This document shows, piece after piece, positions 1 through 21,652 of a stretch of 64,000 bases of DNA. Source of the DNA: Paraspadella gotoi (taxonomy: Eukaryota; Animalia; Chaetognatha); assembly GCA_051294375.1 (NCBI GenBank), contig CM119266.1, positions 22,792,638 through 22,856,637 of the forward strand, written 5' to 3'. The position numbers were made by a program, and so were the translations under genes. Each line of letters opens with the position of its first letter. The first letter of the stretch is position 1. Below the pieces are notes generated by a model. The model ran no database searches. It was not told where the DNA came from and saw only the letters and a program-made list of their open reading frames with translations.

Positions 1-105
1 CCTTGAAAAATTTACGAGGTGCCTCTTCTCATTATAACATAATTCATATTATAAAACTCTTATTTTCATTCAAGTCATTGTCCACGTGATTTATTCCGTT
101 TCTTT

Positions 106-145
<40 letters not shown>

Positions 146-154
146 ATTCTCTCA

Positions 155-204
<50 letters not shown>

Positions 205-360
205 TTCTCTCTGTTTCAATTGGAAATCCTTTGTTTTTTCCCCCTGCGCACCTCATTCTCTTTTTTTCCTTTCTTTGTTCCCCGTCCCTTTGTACCCGAT
301 TCCATCATTCGCGTAGGGAGAGGGAGTGCGAGAGAGAGATATAGAAGGAGATATACGTAA

Positions 361-479
<119 letters not shown>

Positions 480-1248
480 AAGCACAGGAGAAAATGAAAG
501 AGAGCGCAAAAGAGACTTATTCTTGAAGCTTTGCACGAACCTGAATTAAATATTCATTCTTGCATATCTTTTTTTCCATCTTAGCTTTTTTTCATCTTAC
601 TCTTTTTTTTTCTCTCTCTTTCTCCCTCTCTCTCTCTCTCCTGCGAATACGAAAAGAAATTCCCCTCTTTTTATCTTTTTTAAATATTTCATTTTTCCAA
701 TTGAAAGAAATTTTTTTTTATATTTCCACATTTTCTTTTTCTTTCTTTTTCATTCCATGGGCGACCAGCAAACGTTTTAACTGAGTTAAATTGAAATGGC
801 ACCAGACACACGAAACACACACACACACATCACACATCGTAATTCAATTCGTTTGTGTCTTCGATGCAGATATAAACAGATATGTTTGAAATATCAGGCG
901 GATATAATAATTGTAAAACGATAATCAGTAATAAGTCGAAAGTTTAAGTACTAATTACTTAGGATATAATATAGTTTATAGTTTATATAATTTAGTCAAT
1001 TACATAACTGGACTAAAGCGACTAAAGCGAGAAAACAAAGTAAATGAGAACGAAAAAAGAGAATTTTTTTTATTTTTTTGTTCGCGCAAAAAAAAGGAAT
1101 AATAAAAAACGTGAAGAGACGAAGCCGCCGCCGCTGCCGCTGTCGCCGCCGCCGCCGAAGCGCCGCCACAGGTTTGACAAGGGGGCGCTGTGGCGATGAC
1201 AAATTGCAAAGTTTCATTTATCACAAAAACGAGAGAGCAAGAGAAGGA

Positions 1249-1364
<116 letters not shown>

Positions 1365-1883
1365 GACAGAGAGGGAGGAAGACTGCGCAAAAAAAAGGAT
1401 AGGAATCGTGTGGCAGGAAACGGGAATTTCATTAACGAATTTTCTCTTTCTTTCTTTCCACTCCAAGGTGGTTCCATGGTGCACCTGATTCCCTTCGTGA
1501 CCTCCTCATGGCGCGAAACCCTCGACTCGCTCTCTCTCTCTTTCTGTCTGATCTTTTCTCTCACGACTTTCCTCTCTGTCTCACTCCCCCCTTTTTTTCA
1601 TCCTCTTCCTCCACCTTCTTCCATTCAATCTTGCGGTGATGTCAATTTGGCATTTGCCCATTTTTCAAACTCCCTGTCTCTCTCCTTTAATTCCGATCTG
1701 GATTTGGGGTAAAAGAGTAAAAGAGTAAAAGAGTAAAGACACTTCCGCTCTTTCTTATCTTCGAACCGAAATAAAAAAAGACTTTCCTCAAATTTAAAAT
1801 TCTGTAAAAAGAATTTTTAGTTAAATTTTAAATTTTAAATTTTTTGTTTTAAATTGACGTTTCTTTTTAAAGTCCTTCACACA

Positions 1884-1973
<90 letters not shown>

Positions 1974-2276
1974 GTCTCTCGCTCTCTGTATTTCTTCTCT
2001 CTCTCTCTTTTTCTATCTTTCTTCCTTTCCAAAAAATTCGTCTCGAGGAGCTTAAAAAGTTTTTTCGTCTCCTTTGAAAAAAAAGAAGAAAAACCTTCAA
2101 AAAAAAAAGTAAGAAAAAAAAATAAATTCTTCAAGTTAACCTTTCGGGGTCATTTTTTGGTTTTAAAACTGGCATTATGGCACCCGAGGAAGGAGGATTG
2201 CCAAAATGAATGAGGGGAGGGAGAGAGTGGAGGAAGGAAGAGAACTGAGAGGAAACGTAAGGAGAGAGAGAGAGAC

Positions 2277-2385
<109 letters not shown>

Positions 2386-3335
2386 AGAGAAGAGAGAGAG
2401 GAAAAGTAAAGGAAGGGAAGGCAGGGAGAAAAGGGGGAAAAAAAAGTGGTGGATTGCCTTGGAACTGAACCGTGAAATTACTCCCGGGCGTCTCCTATTT
2501 GAGTTTGAGAAGACGACGACGACGTCGACGATCAGGGCGACCATGAACCCGGGGAATGGGATTCGTTCTCCCCTGGGGACGAGGAGAAAATTTTAGGGAG
2601 AGAAAGAATATAATATAAAGAAGTGAAAAAAAAAGAAAAGGAGACTAGAAAAGAAAGGGGAAAAAAGAAAAGGAAATAAGAAAAGAAAGGGGGGGAAAAT
2701 AGGAGGTTGGGATTAGATACTGGAAAAAAAATTGAATAACTCGATAGTTGGTTTTTTCTTCTTTTTTTTTTCGTTTCGAGAAAATCGAAAAACGATGAGA
2801 GATTTTTTTTTTCTGTTGAAGAGTCAAAGATTGAGATCTTTTCCTGTGAATCGTTTTAAGCATCGATTTTTTTATAATATACATTTAAAAAAATGTATCG
2901 TGTTTATCAAAAAATATTTCAACTCTATATTATGTAATAAAATGATAACCAAATCGACCTTTAGATGAGTATGTTTTTTTAAATGTTATACTAATCTTTT
3001 TAAAATTATTCTCCTGAAAAAAAGATTCCGAGCGCAAAACTTACCTTTATAAGTACTAAGTAGGCCCGAGGTAGCTCTCAGTCGCTCTCTCTCTTTCTCC
3101 ACATTTTTCACATTCCCTTTTTCAATTTAATCAACACTTCGTACTTTTCACACTCTCTCATTTTCAGCGAATTTTCGCGACGTTCTCCTCGTCTATGCCA
3201 CCACACCAACCCCGCCACCATCGTCATCCCTGCTCACCGTTCTCTCTCGTTTTCCCCCGACATTTCATTCAAATCGATCCCTCTTTTTCACGCATCGCAA
3301 AATCTCTCTTCCATTCTATTTTGTTTTATTCACCA

Positions 3336-3437
<102 letters not shown>

Positions 3438-3544
3438 CTCACCAAAGCTTTCTCGATTCTTTTTAAAGCGTTCTCTCCCTCTCCCCTCCATTTTCTACCC
3501 TTCCCTTCACAACTTTCACTTCAAAAGTATCCGGGTTGTAAATC

Positions 3545-3732
3545 TTTTTAGCTGGGCCGCGAGTACTCGCGGAGCAACTCTATAAGTTACTTTTCGGTCG
3601 GTCTGTAGGTCGGTCGGTCTGTTTGTCGGTCGGTCGGACGATATGTCTGTCCGTCGGAATGTCTGTCCGTCAGTCTGTCCCCCTTACGTTAAATCTGCAT
3701 ATCATTTGCCTATAGTTGGTTGCTCATATGTT
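3545..3732 (+). mobile_element. DINE-1/Helentron-associated (HINE)-like non-autonomous element
   Basis: It starts in a T-run (TTTTTAG) and contains a perfect 16-bp palindrome CCGCGAGTACTCGCGG (3557-3572). There is a subterminal inverted repeat GAGCAACTCTATA (3572-3584) / TATAGTTGGTTGCTC (3711-3725), an internal (GTCG/GTCY)n microsatellite at about 3595-3680, and a TT end. Confidence 0.6.
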
Positions 3733-3993
3733 AAGATTGAAAAAATCTCATATCTAAGAGACTGTTAGCGCCACCTTTAGGAATTCCTATAACTATAAGG
3801 AATAAAAGATGGAATGTGATCAAAGGGAAATACACTTGGCACAAAGTCACAGTGGCGCAACTTATTGGAATTACCGTTCTTGTTATATCTAATATCAACG
3901 CTATCAGCGGACGCTGTCTCGTGAGCGATTCACCCGATTGAAGTCTCAAACCTTTAATTTCCCAAGTCTATCTCTCTCTCTCTCTCTCTCGCA

Positions 3994-4042
<49 letters not shown>

Positions 4043-4538
4043 CTCTCTTTCTCTCTCTCTCTCATCTACCCTTTTTTGTTATTTTCCTTCACGCCTTTTC
4101 TCTCCCTTCCTTTTCGGCTTCTGCGAAAAATCTACACCATCACTAAATAAGAAGGTGAATATATAGCATCCGAACCCTCTTCGTTCTTATTCACTATATC
4201 GAAACCTTTTAGAACGAAGCTATTCTCTAAAAAGAACTTTATGAATGGTTATTGAACTTACATTCTACTTACCCCTTTCTCGCAGTCTCTTACTCTCCAC
4301 ACTCCCTTACCCTTCCCTGCCTCCTCTCTCCTTCTCCCCACCCTTCCTTCCTTCACTTACATCCCCTACCCTCCTACCCCCCCTCTCCGTCCCGCCTCCT
4401 TCCGCGGGGACTGGAAGCCGACTTCGTTTTTAATGGCCCAAAACATTAGCCTACGCCTCATCTCTCCTCATCGCGTCTCATCTCGCGTTCTCATCTTTAA
4501 AAGAATTTATTCTGTCCTTCGACGCTTGGAAGCCCAGA

Positions 4539-4631
<93 letters not shown>

Positions 4632-5327
4632 CAGGCTTTTCAGACGCAGTCCCTACCCGTCCTTTTTAGAAATACGAGGCTCAACGCTATTCTTTTTTCT
4701 CCTCCCTCCTTTTCTGTCTCTCTCTCACCGACTCATCTTTTCAATCCTCTTCTTTCTCTTTCCTCCCTTTCCTCCCTTTTCTTTTTCCTCCCTCTTCTCT
4801 GCCCCCATCTCTTTTTTCCCGATTCTCGCTTTGAATTTCAAACGACTCTCTTTTTTTTCTCTTCTTTTCTCCTCGGTTTTTTTTTTTCTTATTTTTTCCC
4901 CGATTTTCTTTTTTAGTCTTTTTATTTATTTCGATTTTCTTGGGTTTTTTATTTCTCGATATTTTTTTTACCAGCTACGGCCTTCCTTCTCACTGGAATG
5001 TTTCTTTTCTCTTTCTTCTTTCTTTATAAATTTCTTTGATGCTCTTCCTATTTAAAAATAAATATCTATTTAACTTTTTCCCACTTTACTCATTTAACGT
5101 AACCAAAGACTAACATCTGGCCACCCTCTCAGAAACACGACCAATCATTTTATATTTTAAGGTTTTAATTAACTTAGTATTTAATAAAACTTTGTTCTAA
5201 CATTCCGTAAAACCAGCTGTTTTCATTTCCCCCCGATAAAACTACCTTTTGATCAGCTTAGGTAAGGATTAAAACGAAAAATTCTCTCGTGCAATCAAAA
5301 TTCCATCAGTCATGCGGCGTCTAAAAT

Positions 5328-5371
<44 letters not shown>

Positions 5372-5815
5372 CTCTTTCAAACTCGCAGAAGAACATCTGA
5401 TGCTCGATTTCGTTATCAAATATAAATCAAGAACCGTGCAGTTACCTTGACAGAATTTTATCAATATTTAATTGGTATTAAGAGTGAGGAAAGTTAACTT
5501 TTTGGTCACCTGACAATTTTCTTGCATGGCATCTGTTATTCGCCGAAGATGCCGACATCTGTCGCCGAACTTCGCTCTCACTTTATAAAATTGTCTCACC
5601 GACTTAGCCGGCGTCTTCTTTGCGATGGCTCCCGCAGTTTTGTCATCTTGACCATTTTCCACCTACGAGACTCGACCTCACTCACTTATCCACCTCATCC
5701 GCCATTCGACCCCCTCTCTCGGACCTCACCCATCACCGACTCCACTCAATCTCACTCACCCTTCACGCGTTCTCACCCTCGCACGTCCGACGCCTACGCC
5801 TTGTCAAGGCATACA

Positions 5816-5840
5816 ATGGGTAATTCATCAGCAGAACCAG
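5816..5840 (+). CDS. Candidate first coding mini-exon MGNSSAEP (N-myristoylation-like start); second copy at 12948-12972
   Basis: ACAATGG is a good Kozak context, and 25 nt later comes the donor CAG/GTAATG. I recognise no homology. Confidence 0.25.
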
Positions 5841-6062
5841 GTAATGAATTTCTGAGCCTTCGTTTTACTCTCACATCCCCCGAAAAGAGCGAAGATCTCA
5901 TCTTCCTCCTCTTCTTAACGAAGCCCCTTCCCTTTCCTCATCTGTTCTTTCCGCCGTTCGTCTGCTTCTTCTTCCTCCTCCTTTCCTTCCTTCTCCCTCC
6001 TCATCTTTGTACCCGTGCGTTTTTGGAGCGACGGGAACTCACGACCATGAGTGATGCATTGC

Positions 6063-6098
<36 letters not shown>

Positions 6099-6835
6099 GA
6101 GAGAGAGAGAGAGAAGAGAGTGAGGAATTTAAAATTGGTTGCTTTGGAGGCGTCAGCGAGTCGAGGTTTAAAGCAGAACGTAAAAAATGATAAGTTTAGC
6201 TTCTTCCAAAAAATTTATTTGATTAGATGGTTTAGAGTTTTTCCGAGCGCGATTTAATAATAATTTAATTCGCGATTGTTTTTAAATTTACATTTAAGTA
6301 CGTAAATACCGTACTGCTGAAAAGAGTTTAAATTCCTAAGCAAAATTCATAGTTTACGTAGCAGGATAATATAATATTATATATAATAAGAACTTAGAGA
6401 TTTAATTGTAGTTTGTCACGAAAGCGTTGGAGTAAGTTTTAAAAAAAAGTGATTTCTTTCACAGGATTTTTCTCATTGTTTCTAAGCATAGAAAAACAGT
6501 AACGCTGGTGCCAATCGTTTATATCCGAAGTCCGGTGGCATAAATGACAGAAAACGTAATTTACCTATTTCAAACCGATCCCAAAAATTATTCTTAATGC
6601 GAATTAGGAATTAGGTTTGGGCTGATCACTATCACTAATTCGAGAAGATAATTAAAAAGTTGCAAATCATAAATCAAAGGTAACCTGCCAGAAAATAAGC
6701 CAACATTTACGCATGCACTGACGCACTGACATTGTCATCTGAACCATGTACATGTAAATACTGAATAAGGTAACTAGTTGTTCTTTGAACGCCATCCCTG
6801 TGAAGCCCGTGTACCTTGAAGCGTTTCAACTGCGT

Positions 6836-13010
<6,175 letters not shown>

Positions 13011-13465
13011 CCCCTCCACCCTTTTTTGACGCTTTCCCCTTTTCTCAACACCACCCCCGCCCCGCCCCACCTCACNNNNNNNNNNNNNNNNNNNNNNNNN
13101 CCCCCACCTCCTCGTCTTTCGACTGAAGCTTTTACGAGTTTCGTCTTCCCACTTTTTTTTCGTTTCTTCTTCTGCGATAAGAAACTTTGACGAGGAACTT
13201 TTGAAGGGATCAGTCTGTTAGTCTGTTGGTACGTATAAGTATAGCTTAACTTAATTAGTAATAGTATTTTACCTTTTTATATGTAAGAGTGTGCGTTTCT
13301 TATATTTTTATCCCCTTTTTCTAATGGTTTTAATTTAAAGTAAGATAATTTTTTCCCCTCGATTCTTCATTTTCGTCTTAAGATTTTTACTTTTTACTTT
13401 GATACCTACTTTTTTCCATTCCCTTAACTTTCTTTTCCCTACTTTTCTTGCTCTGTCCCGTCCTT

Positions 13466-13570
13466 TCCTTTCTTTTCCTTTCCTTTCCTTTCCTTTCCTT
13501 TCCTTTCCTTTCCTTTCCTTTCCTTTCCTTTCCTTTCCTTTCCTTTCCTTTCCTTTCCTTTCCTTTCCTT
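13466..13570 (+). repeat. (TTTCC)n pentanucleotide microsatellite
   Basis: Directly visible tandem array. Confidence 0.95.
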
Positions 13571-14264
13571 CTATTCCCCAGCCTTTCCTACAGCAAAGGT
13601 GGCTGTCAACAAAACCTAATCGAGACTTTCCTATTCTGAGTCTTAATGGAAATAAACGGCGTTTCCTTCTTTTTCGTGTCTCAACTCTTTTTCCTGGTTT
13701 CTTTCGACGACGAAATTCGGTGTGAAATTTAAGAATTGAATTAAATTGAATTTAACGTCAACGAGTTTCAATGGAAAAATAATTTGACGATCCGTGGAAT
13801 CTCTGGACTGATTGCGTTTTTTTATGGTTTTTTGTCTCATCGGTTTCAGTTATATCAATATGTTCTCCTCTTAATTTTTATCTCTTTCATTTGCCTTTTT
13901 GTTTCTTTTGATTGTTACATGATTGATAATAAAATAATATAATAATAAAAAAATATCCTCCTTAACGTCCCACATGTCCATTGTCCAACGCACCATTTCT
14001 TGGCCTTTTTTTTCTTCCTCTTTCCTCCCCCTTCATTCTCTCGTTTCCTTTCAAAAGTTCGCTCTTCTTTACTTCCCTTATTTCGACAAAGAATCACGCG
14101 TCAGACTTTCTTTCCTTTCCTCCAAATTCCTTCCCTCGATCCCCAGTTTCCTTTCTTTTCTCCTTTCAAAGTCAGACCGTCTCTCCTCCCCTCCTCCTTT
14201 GAGGACCTAGTGTCACTTCCCCTCGGAGCGACGTGGGGGAAGTTTGAGGTTAAAAATTGCCAGC

Positions 14265-14380
<116 letters not shown>

Positions 14381-15056
14381 GATAAAAGAAACAAAGAAAT
14401 GGGATAAAAATTGTGATAGTTGTGTACTTTTCAAACTAATAAAATAATAAATTCGAGTCACTATAAAATAATAAATTTAACTACAAATGTGAACTAAATT
14501 CCAAACGCGTTATTTATCGTCGAGCTTAACTGCGAGCGCTCGCGACGTTGATATCTTTCGGCTGCGAGCGCTGGCGATCTGTGAAAAGCGGGTGAAGAGA
14601 ACTGCAGGTGATAACAAATGGAGTTCGAGACAAAAAAACTTTTTAAAAAAGTGTGAACAATAAGAAAATTTAAAAGAAAATTTAAAAAAATGAAAAAGTG
14701 AAATAAAAAATAGTCAGTGATAGTGAGTGGGTGTGTGCGTGCATATTTGTATCTAATTATAGGTGAGTGGGAGACAGGATTAGTGAGTGGTTGCGCAGAT
14801 TGGTAAGTGAGTAAGTGAACCAAAGAGATTGTGCGACTGTTAGAGCGTAAGAGAATGTGAAAAATTGAAAGAGTGAAAAAAAGAAGAGAAGAGAATCCTA
14901 ATAAAAAAAAGTTCCTCCCGTGCGACGGAAATCGTGTCATGCATTTGAAATCGGGACGTGATTTGTCAAGTCCGCGCAAGCGCACATGACAGAAATCTGG
15001 TCACGTGAGGACGTCACGTGAGGACGGTTTCAAAATCTCGGGAGAGAGAACGTGAA

Positions 15057-15098
<42 letters not shown>

Positions 15099-15637
15099 TT
15101 TCCTCTTCTCACTCGTGACATTTTTTTTCATTTATCGAAAAAAGATTCAGAAATTAAAAAGCAAATTAATTTTATTTTTAAATCCGCCCTGAAAGAGTTC
15201 AGAAAATATCTATAATTCCGGATAGATTCTTACTATTCCATTTTAAATTAGTTTTCTTCTTTTGCTAAAACGTTTTTAAAATGAACGCTTGATGATGTAT
15301 GTCTGAACGCTAAAATTTGGATCTCCCCATATGATTAATGATTATAAAATAACCTTCGTTTTATCTTCTCAACAACAAAAGAAAAATTGTTGAAAACTCT
15401 TTTCCAAAATATTACGACATCGAGTCTAATTTTTTCCCCAAAGGACAAAAAAAAAAACGTTTCTCGAAAATTTATGAGACAAAATGGATTTTAAGAGAGT
15501 AACATTGTTTGTTTGCTCTCCAGAGGATCTGACTCCGATCACAACAAAGTGATATGATGAATTTATGAGGCGCGGTTTTGAGGGCGCGAGTAGAGAGAAG
15601 AGGAGAGAAGAGAAGAGAGAGAGAAAGAGGAGAAGAG

Positions 15638-15713
<76 letters not shown>

Positions 15714-17652
15714 CGAAAACGAGGGGAGAGAAAAACCGGAATAACTGAAACGAATAAAAAAGGAGAAAAAGAAAGGAAAGGAAGCGAAGGCTAAAAAACA
15801 GCGGTTGTATGAAAGGTAAGGTGAGAAGATGATGGATCATATTAGCATCTCCAGAGACTCATTTGTGTAGAATTTCAGCCGGCGCGAAGAACACGCACTC
15901 GAAAACTCGCATGCAAACGAACACGCGGTCGGCGCATGCGCGGCGAGAACGTCCACGACCAAGTCTCCCGGTGGACGAAAGAGTTGGCGACGAAAGGTCG
16001 CGGGTTCGAGCCCGACTATTCTTTGTTTTTCGATTAGCCGGCACGGAGTGTTTGTTTCTTGTTTCACTTCACAAGATATTTCATGATCGCAATTTCGTTA
16101 GATTTAATGTTCTTTTTATTTTCATTGTAAGTAACTGAAATTTTACTTCTCCCCAACATATTGATGACCTTTTAACGATGATCTAATAATAATCATGGTG
16201 ACATTAAAGTCAGCTGATGCGTCAAATAAAACGGCAATGACATCAGGTAAAATGCTCGCACTAGATAACTGAAATATATATTAAAACAAAAGAGTTAATT
16301 GCGTCGTAGTCAAAGCTTAAAAAAATATTAAAAACAATTAATAAATTAATTGGTTTTCAACGAAAAATTAGTTTAGACCAAATAAGGTTTCCTTTCAAGC
16401 TGCAATCGTATTAATTCCAATCCCCAATTTCGCCAGCCTCGATCGCGCAACAACTACAACAACAACAACGACGACGCCATCGGAAGCACCCAAGCCGACA
16501 ATGACAACGACGACGGCGACGAAGGAAACCTCTTCCCGTCTACAACAACGCCGACCTGCTTGAAAACAATGAATCCTACAGGGAGCCCAAACACGCTTCA
16601 AAGGAGACAAAGAAGGGCGAAAACTCACAAACACATTTATGCAAATTAGAAGCTGAGGCGAAAGACGGAGAGAGAGAGAAGGGGGGGGGGAGAAATTCAA
16701 AGAATTCCTCTCCCCTCGGTTGTGTTTTGCATGCGCGCAGTGCGTGCGAAAAAGAGGGTGCGCGAACGTGCGAGCGCGGAGAGACTCCCTCTTCGTTTCG
16801 GAAGATTTGGCGCGCTTGAGGGAGAGGATTTACAGAAGAGGGTGAGAGAGATAGAGACAGAGACAGAAAAAAAAAAGTACTGAAGGGAATGTATGAAGAA
16901 AAGAACTGAGAGGCTTTCTATCAACAGGTTGTCTTCTGAGTAATGATAAGTAGCTTTGGGATGAAAATCTTCAGAGGGTAAAGAGAGAAGTGATTAACAA
17001 TCTCCAGAGAACCCGGTTCCAAAGATCCTAGTCTTCTTATCAACGAAGAACAAATTCCTTTTCGAACGAAAGAAAAAAGGGAAGAAAAAAAAAAAGAAAA
17101 AAAGAAGAAAATAAAAGGAGTCGACGCGCCAACTTTTTTTGGGAGGATTGGGGGGAGATCGTATTATTTAAAATTGGTTACAAATTAAACAATGAAACAT
17201 TTTGTGAAGATACATAGCGCTAATCTCATTTATTTCTAGTGAGCTCAATTTTCAGAAAGAAAACAAGAAAATATGATATGAAAATAATAATGATTTAATC
17301 AGAATATACTTTTTAACCAAGTAATATTCTGCTAATTTACAAGACGTTGAAAATGTTGTTAAATTAAAAAAATTAAGCAGATTGATTTTTCAAGAAAAAT
17401 AAACTAAACCATCTCCGGCCTTTAACTAACCCCTCACCCCTCACGACTCACCCCGCGCCCTTCACCCCTCCCCACCCGCTCTTCCCCTCCACCTCGAAAT
17501 AGATGCCCCAGTCTTTCAATAACAAGTCGTTTATCAAAACTTTTAAAAAAAATTTAGAAGGAATATCCCACTTTTTCTGCTTTTGCGCCTTTTGACAAAA
17601 ACCGCCGCGAGGGGAGAAGGCGAAATGAAAATTCTTTCAACCGCTCCTCCTT

Positions 17653-17754
<102 letters not shown>

Positions 17755-20665
17755 TTCGTATTCGCCTCTCAAATGCAAATCGAAATTCGAGTCTATTTTA
17801 TTTACTTTCGATCTAAAGAATTCAATTTTTCCTTAATCTCCATGTCACGTTCTCAACTTTACTCTCTGAGACGCAACATCCCTCCACATCTTTATCTCGC
17901 GGTCTCTCGCCTTCACTCCTCTCTACTCAACACACCTCCCCCCGCACCCCGCTCCACCCCCTGAACCCCTCGCCCCGACAGTCGCCATTCGCGAGGCGCA
18001 TGATTAAAGAAGGCAAAAAAAAAATTGAAGGTGGGGGGCCTGGGGGGGGGGTGGCGAAGATTAAATGGGTGAGGAAGACCACGGAGGGAAAGTTGAGTAG
18101 GGGTGTCGTGTTTTTTTGGGGAGGGGAAGGGCTTTGGTTAGACTAAGGGTTCAGCGAACCTAAAAAGCGGAAATTGGGAAAGCAGAGAAAAAGATAAAAG
18201 AGAATAAAGGAGGCGTGAGACCTGGAATATGATGGGGTAGATAGTTGAGATAAAATTTGAAAAGTTATACACGTAGTACAAAAAAATAATAAAATAAAAA
18301 ACTAAACAAAAAAAATACATGAAGAAGTGTCACTTGAAAGTCAACACTCAACAGTTAATGAAGCGTCCAATTTTGAAAGGGAAAATAAATGTCAAAAACT
18401 CAAGAAAAAGAAAGGAATACAAGGGTCATCTCTCGCCCCAAAGAAGCGGGCAGTGACAAAGGCCAATCGCGGGATGAGCCACGAAGATCGGGCAGCACAG
18501 GAGGACGGGGCGAAGATCGGGCGGCTATCAGGACGAACTCGGACAGCGAGAAGGCGAACTGGCGAAGGAAAGAGAACGAATTTCTGAGATAAAACTTCAT
18601 TTTTCTTTTTTTCTCGATGGCGGATTCCGAGGGACGGAAGGATCGGCGGGCGTCGCCGTCGACCCACGACGAGTGAACTACTTTCTCGACAGGCGCCGCC
18701 AAGATATCCCACTCTTTTGTCGCTCAACCCGGACGCCGTGTTTTAGAAGGGAAGGTTTTTCGTTTTCCATCGCTTCTTCGCTATAAGTCATTCAGTTTAT
18801 TGTCATTCATTACTATTTTAGAGACACAACATCGATATTTACATAGTTCAATCGCTCCAGGAGAATAGCTTCACTTTCCAATTCCAATGACATAAGCTCC
18901 AGCAGTGATCGCTACCCCACGAGCACTCATCCCCCGCCCCAACCCAGGATTCCAATCAAAGGGCGGCCAGACGCGAAAGTCGACCGCGACCTTTGACCCC
19001 CGAGACTCGGGGGAGCCTCGCGTGAGCCGGACGCGTCACTCGACGCGTGACGTGACGGAAGAGGGCGATGAAGACGACGACGACGACGAAGACGACGACG
19101 ACGACGACTACGACACCAGGTGAGCGTAGTGAATCTTTGATCGTGGAGAAGACGAAACCATATGCGTCCCGCGGTTTTTGAAGATAAAAGGTTGGAAAGT
19201 TGTGACCGAACTGGGTTTGGAAAATTTTGAATGAGGACTTTCGTCTCTTCCTGCACGCTACTTTGAGAGTAGAACATAAAAAATATATAATTTATTAATG
19301 CAATATTTATCTATTCTTATTTTTTTTCTTTCATTCTGGCCGCTATCGTAACTCGGTCATCCAAGTTCAGCCAAATCATCTCAAGATTCGTTTCCAGAAT
19401 TTATGAATTCTAAAAATTTAGGTCAATGCCAAAGGTCAAGCTTTAGATAGGAAAGGTTTAAAATTTTAATAAACCGAAACGATATTCGGAAGAAAGAGGT
19501 CAAAGGTCAAACGCAATCGAAATGGACAAACTAGGTTTGGTCGTTTTTGACAGAGACTTTAAATACTAACATATATTGGTTGTAACAATTTCATAGCAGT
19601 CAGCTCCTTGTATTTTGGTCATAATGCGAAGTACAATATAGAATTCCCCCATCTAATGCTTAAGGGAGTGGTCCTTTTATACAATTGAAACATTGATAGG
19701 AAAGCCAGGTACTCTGGGAGTGAAAGCTTGCATGGTCCTGCTATGTTACTATCTTGTAAGTGTGATGGGGCCCTTAAATCACCACAGCCTCTCCGAGAAA
19801 GCTTATTTTCCAAATGAATGAAAATTTTTACATTGGTTGTAGCAATTTCATACTCGCTTATCACTTCCCAGTTCAACTACCTAACAAGCCCAACGTAGCA
19901 TCGAATGGACTCACCAAAATCTTAACCCCGCCATCAAAATGTTTGTTTATCGAGCAAACAAAGCCCCGGCTCTCCTTCTCTCGCCGCCTCCCCCCAACCC
20001 TTCGACGAACGCGATTTTTAAATACGCACTTTGCAGACTTTAATCCAGAATAAAAAAATTAAAAAAACTCGGCTCGCGCGGCCTTCGGGTAGAGGGTTAA
20101 ATGGAACGAGTCCAAACACAAGACGAGAAGCGAAAACTCGAAATTTCCACTCGAAAATTTGCATAACATCGAATGACCTCCACCCTGCCGACCCCGAATT
20201 CGTACGCGGCGAGGCGAAAAGAGGGGGGTGGGGGGAAGGGATGGAGGGAGTGAAGGAGGAAATCGAAGCGGGAATGGGGAGAGGGGGAGAAGAAGAGAGA
20301 GAGAGTGTTATAACTTTGCTTTGGCGAGTGGTAGGAACGCGGGGGAAGGGTTTAAGATAAGAGAGAAGAATAGAGAGGGCGTGGTCCTCCGCTTTGGCGG
20401 CGTAAAGTGAAAGAGAAAGATAATCGCAAAGATCAATTTGTATTTTTTTTAAATATTTCAAACCATCATAAATAACCACAATCTAAGACGACTATTATTG
20501 ATGGTCTTATGTTTTCAGTGTTAGACTGTATGTTCAGTAAACCAGAGACGCTGCGTCAGTATAACTCGACAAACTCGACAAACCCGGGCTCCATTTAATT
20601 TTATTCATAAACCTTTTTCTCCCTTTCAAAAATCTCGCTCCGTTCCGAAACTTTCTCTTCTCTCT

Positions 20666-20699
<34 letters not shown>

Positions 20700-21005
20700 T
20701 TCTCTCTTCTTTTCTCTCTCTCTTCTTCTCTACTCTCTCTCTCCTCTCTTTCTTCTTTCTTCTTACTTTTTCGGCAAATGCTGCGTTTTTTGAGAAAAGT
20801 ACCGGGGCTCGTAAGACGAAGAAGGGAATAAGGGAAAGAAGGAAAGTTAAGGGGCGGGATCTCGTTTCCTTATAAGGGCACAACCGAAGGACGATGGCGA
20901 GACGAGAACGACGACGATGACGACGACGACCGCGAAAAACGAGGCCGAGAAACCATGAATAATTCAAAACAAAAATTGGATAGTACACATCTTTCAGTGT
21001 AAGAG

Positions 21006-21036
<31 letters not shown>

Positions 21037-21140
21037 TGAAAACCTAGTCGCTCACGGTCGAGTCACGGGAGCGGATAAAACAGTTCAGTTTTATGCAAAA
21101 ATGAAAGAGAGAAAAAGATAAGAGAACGAAAAAGGGTATG

Positions 21141-21269
<129 letters not shown>

Positions 21270-21618
21270 TCATTACGCAAGGTGAGAGAAAAGCAACTTG
21301 AGAAAAGAATTGAAAACCACCGGAGGAAAGAAGGAGTCGTGTGAAAAATGGAGGAATAATAATTGAGGAGGAAAGGAAAGGAAGATTGTAGCTTTTTCTA
21401 AAAAGAAAAAAAAATATCATTACAAAAATGGTGAAAACCAGTAACCTAAAAATCTGAAAGATTTTTTTTCTTCTCATTTTTCTCTAAAAATTTCCGATTT
21501 TTTTCTAAAAACAGAAAAATAGGAAAAAAATAAAATCCCCCGAGTTAAAAACATTTCAAATCTGCAGAGGATCTCTGAGAGAGAGAGAGAGAGGAGAGAG
21601 AGAGGAGAGAGAGAGAAG

Positions 21619-21652
<34 letters not shown>

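Noticed and set aside
6735-6775. AATACTG..AGGTAA, loosely similar to miR-8/miR-200 3p
   Set aside because: The match is partial and there is no complementary arm to form a hairpin.
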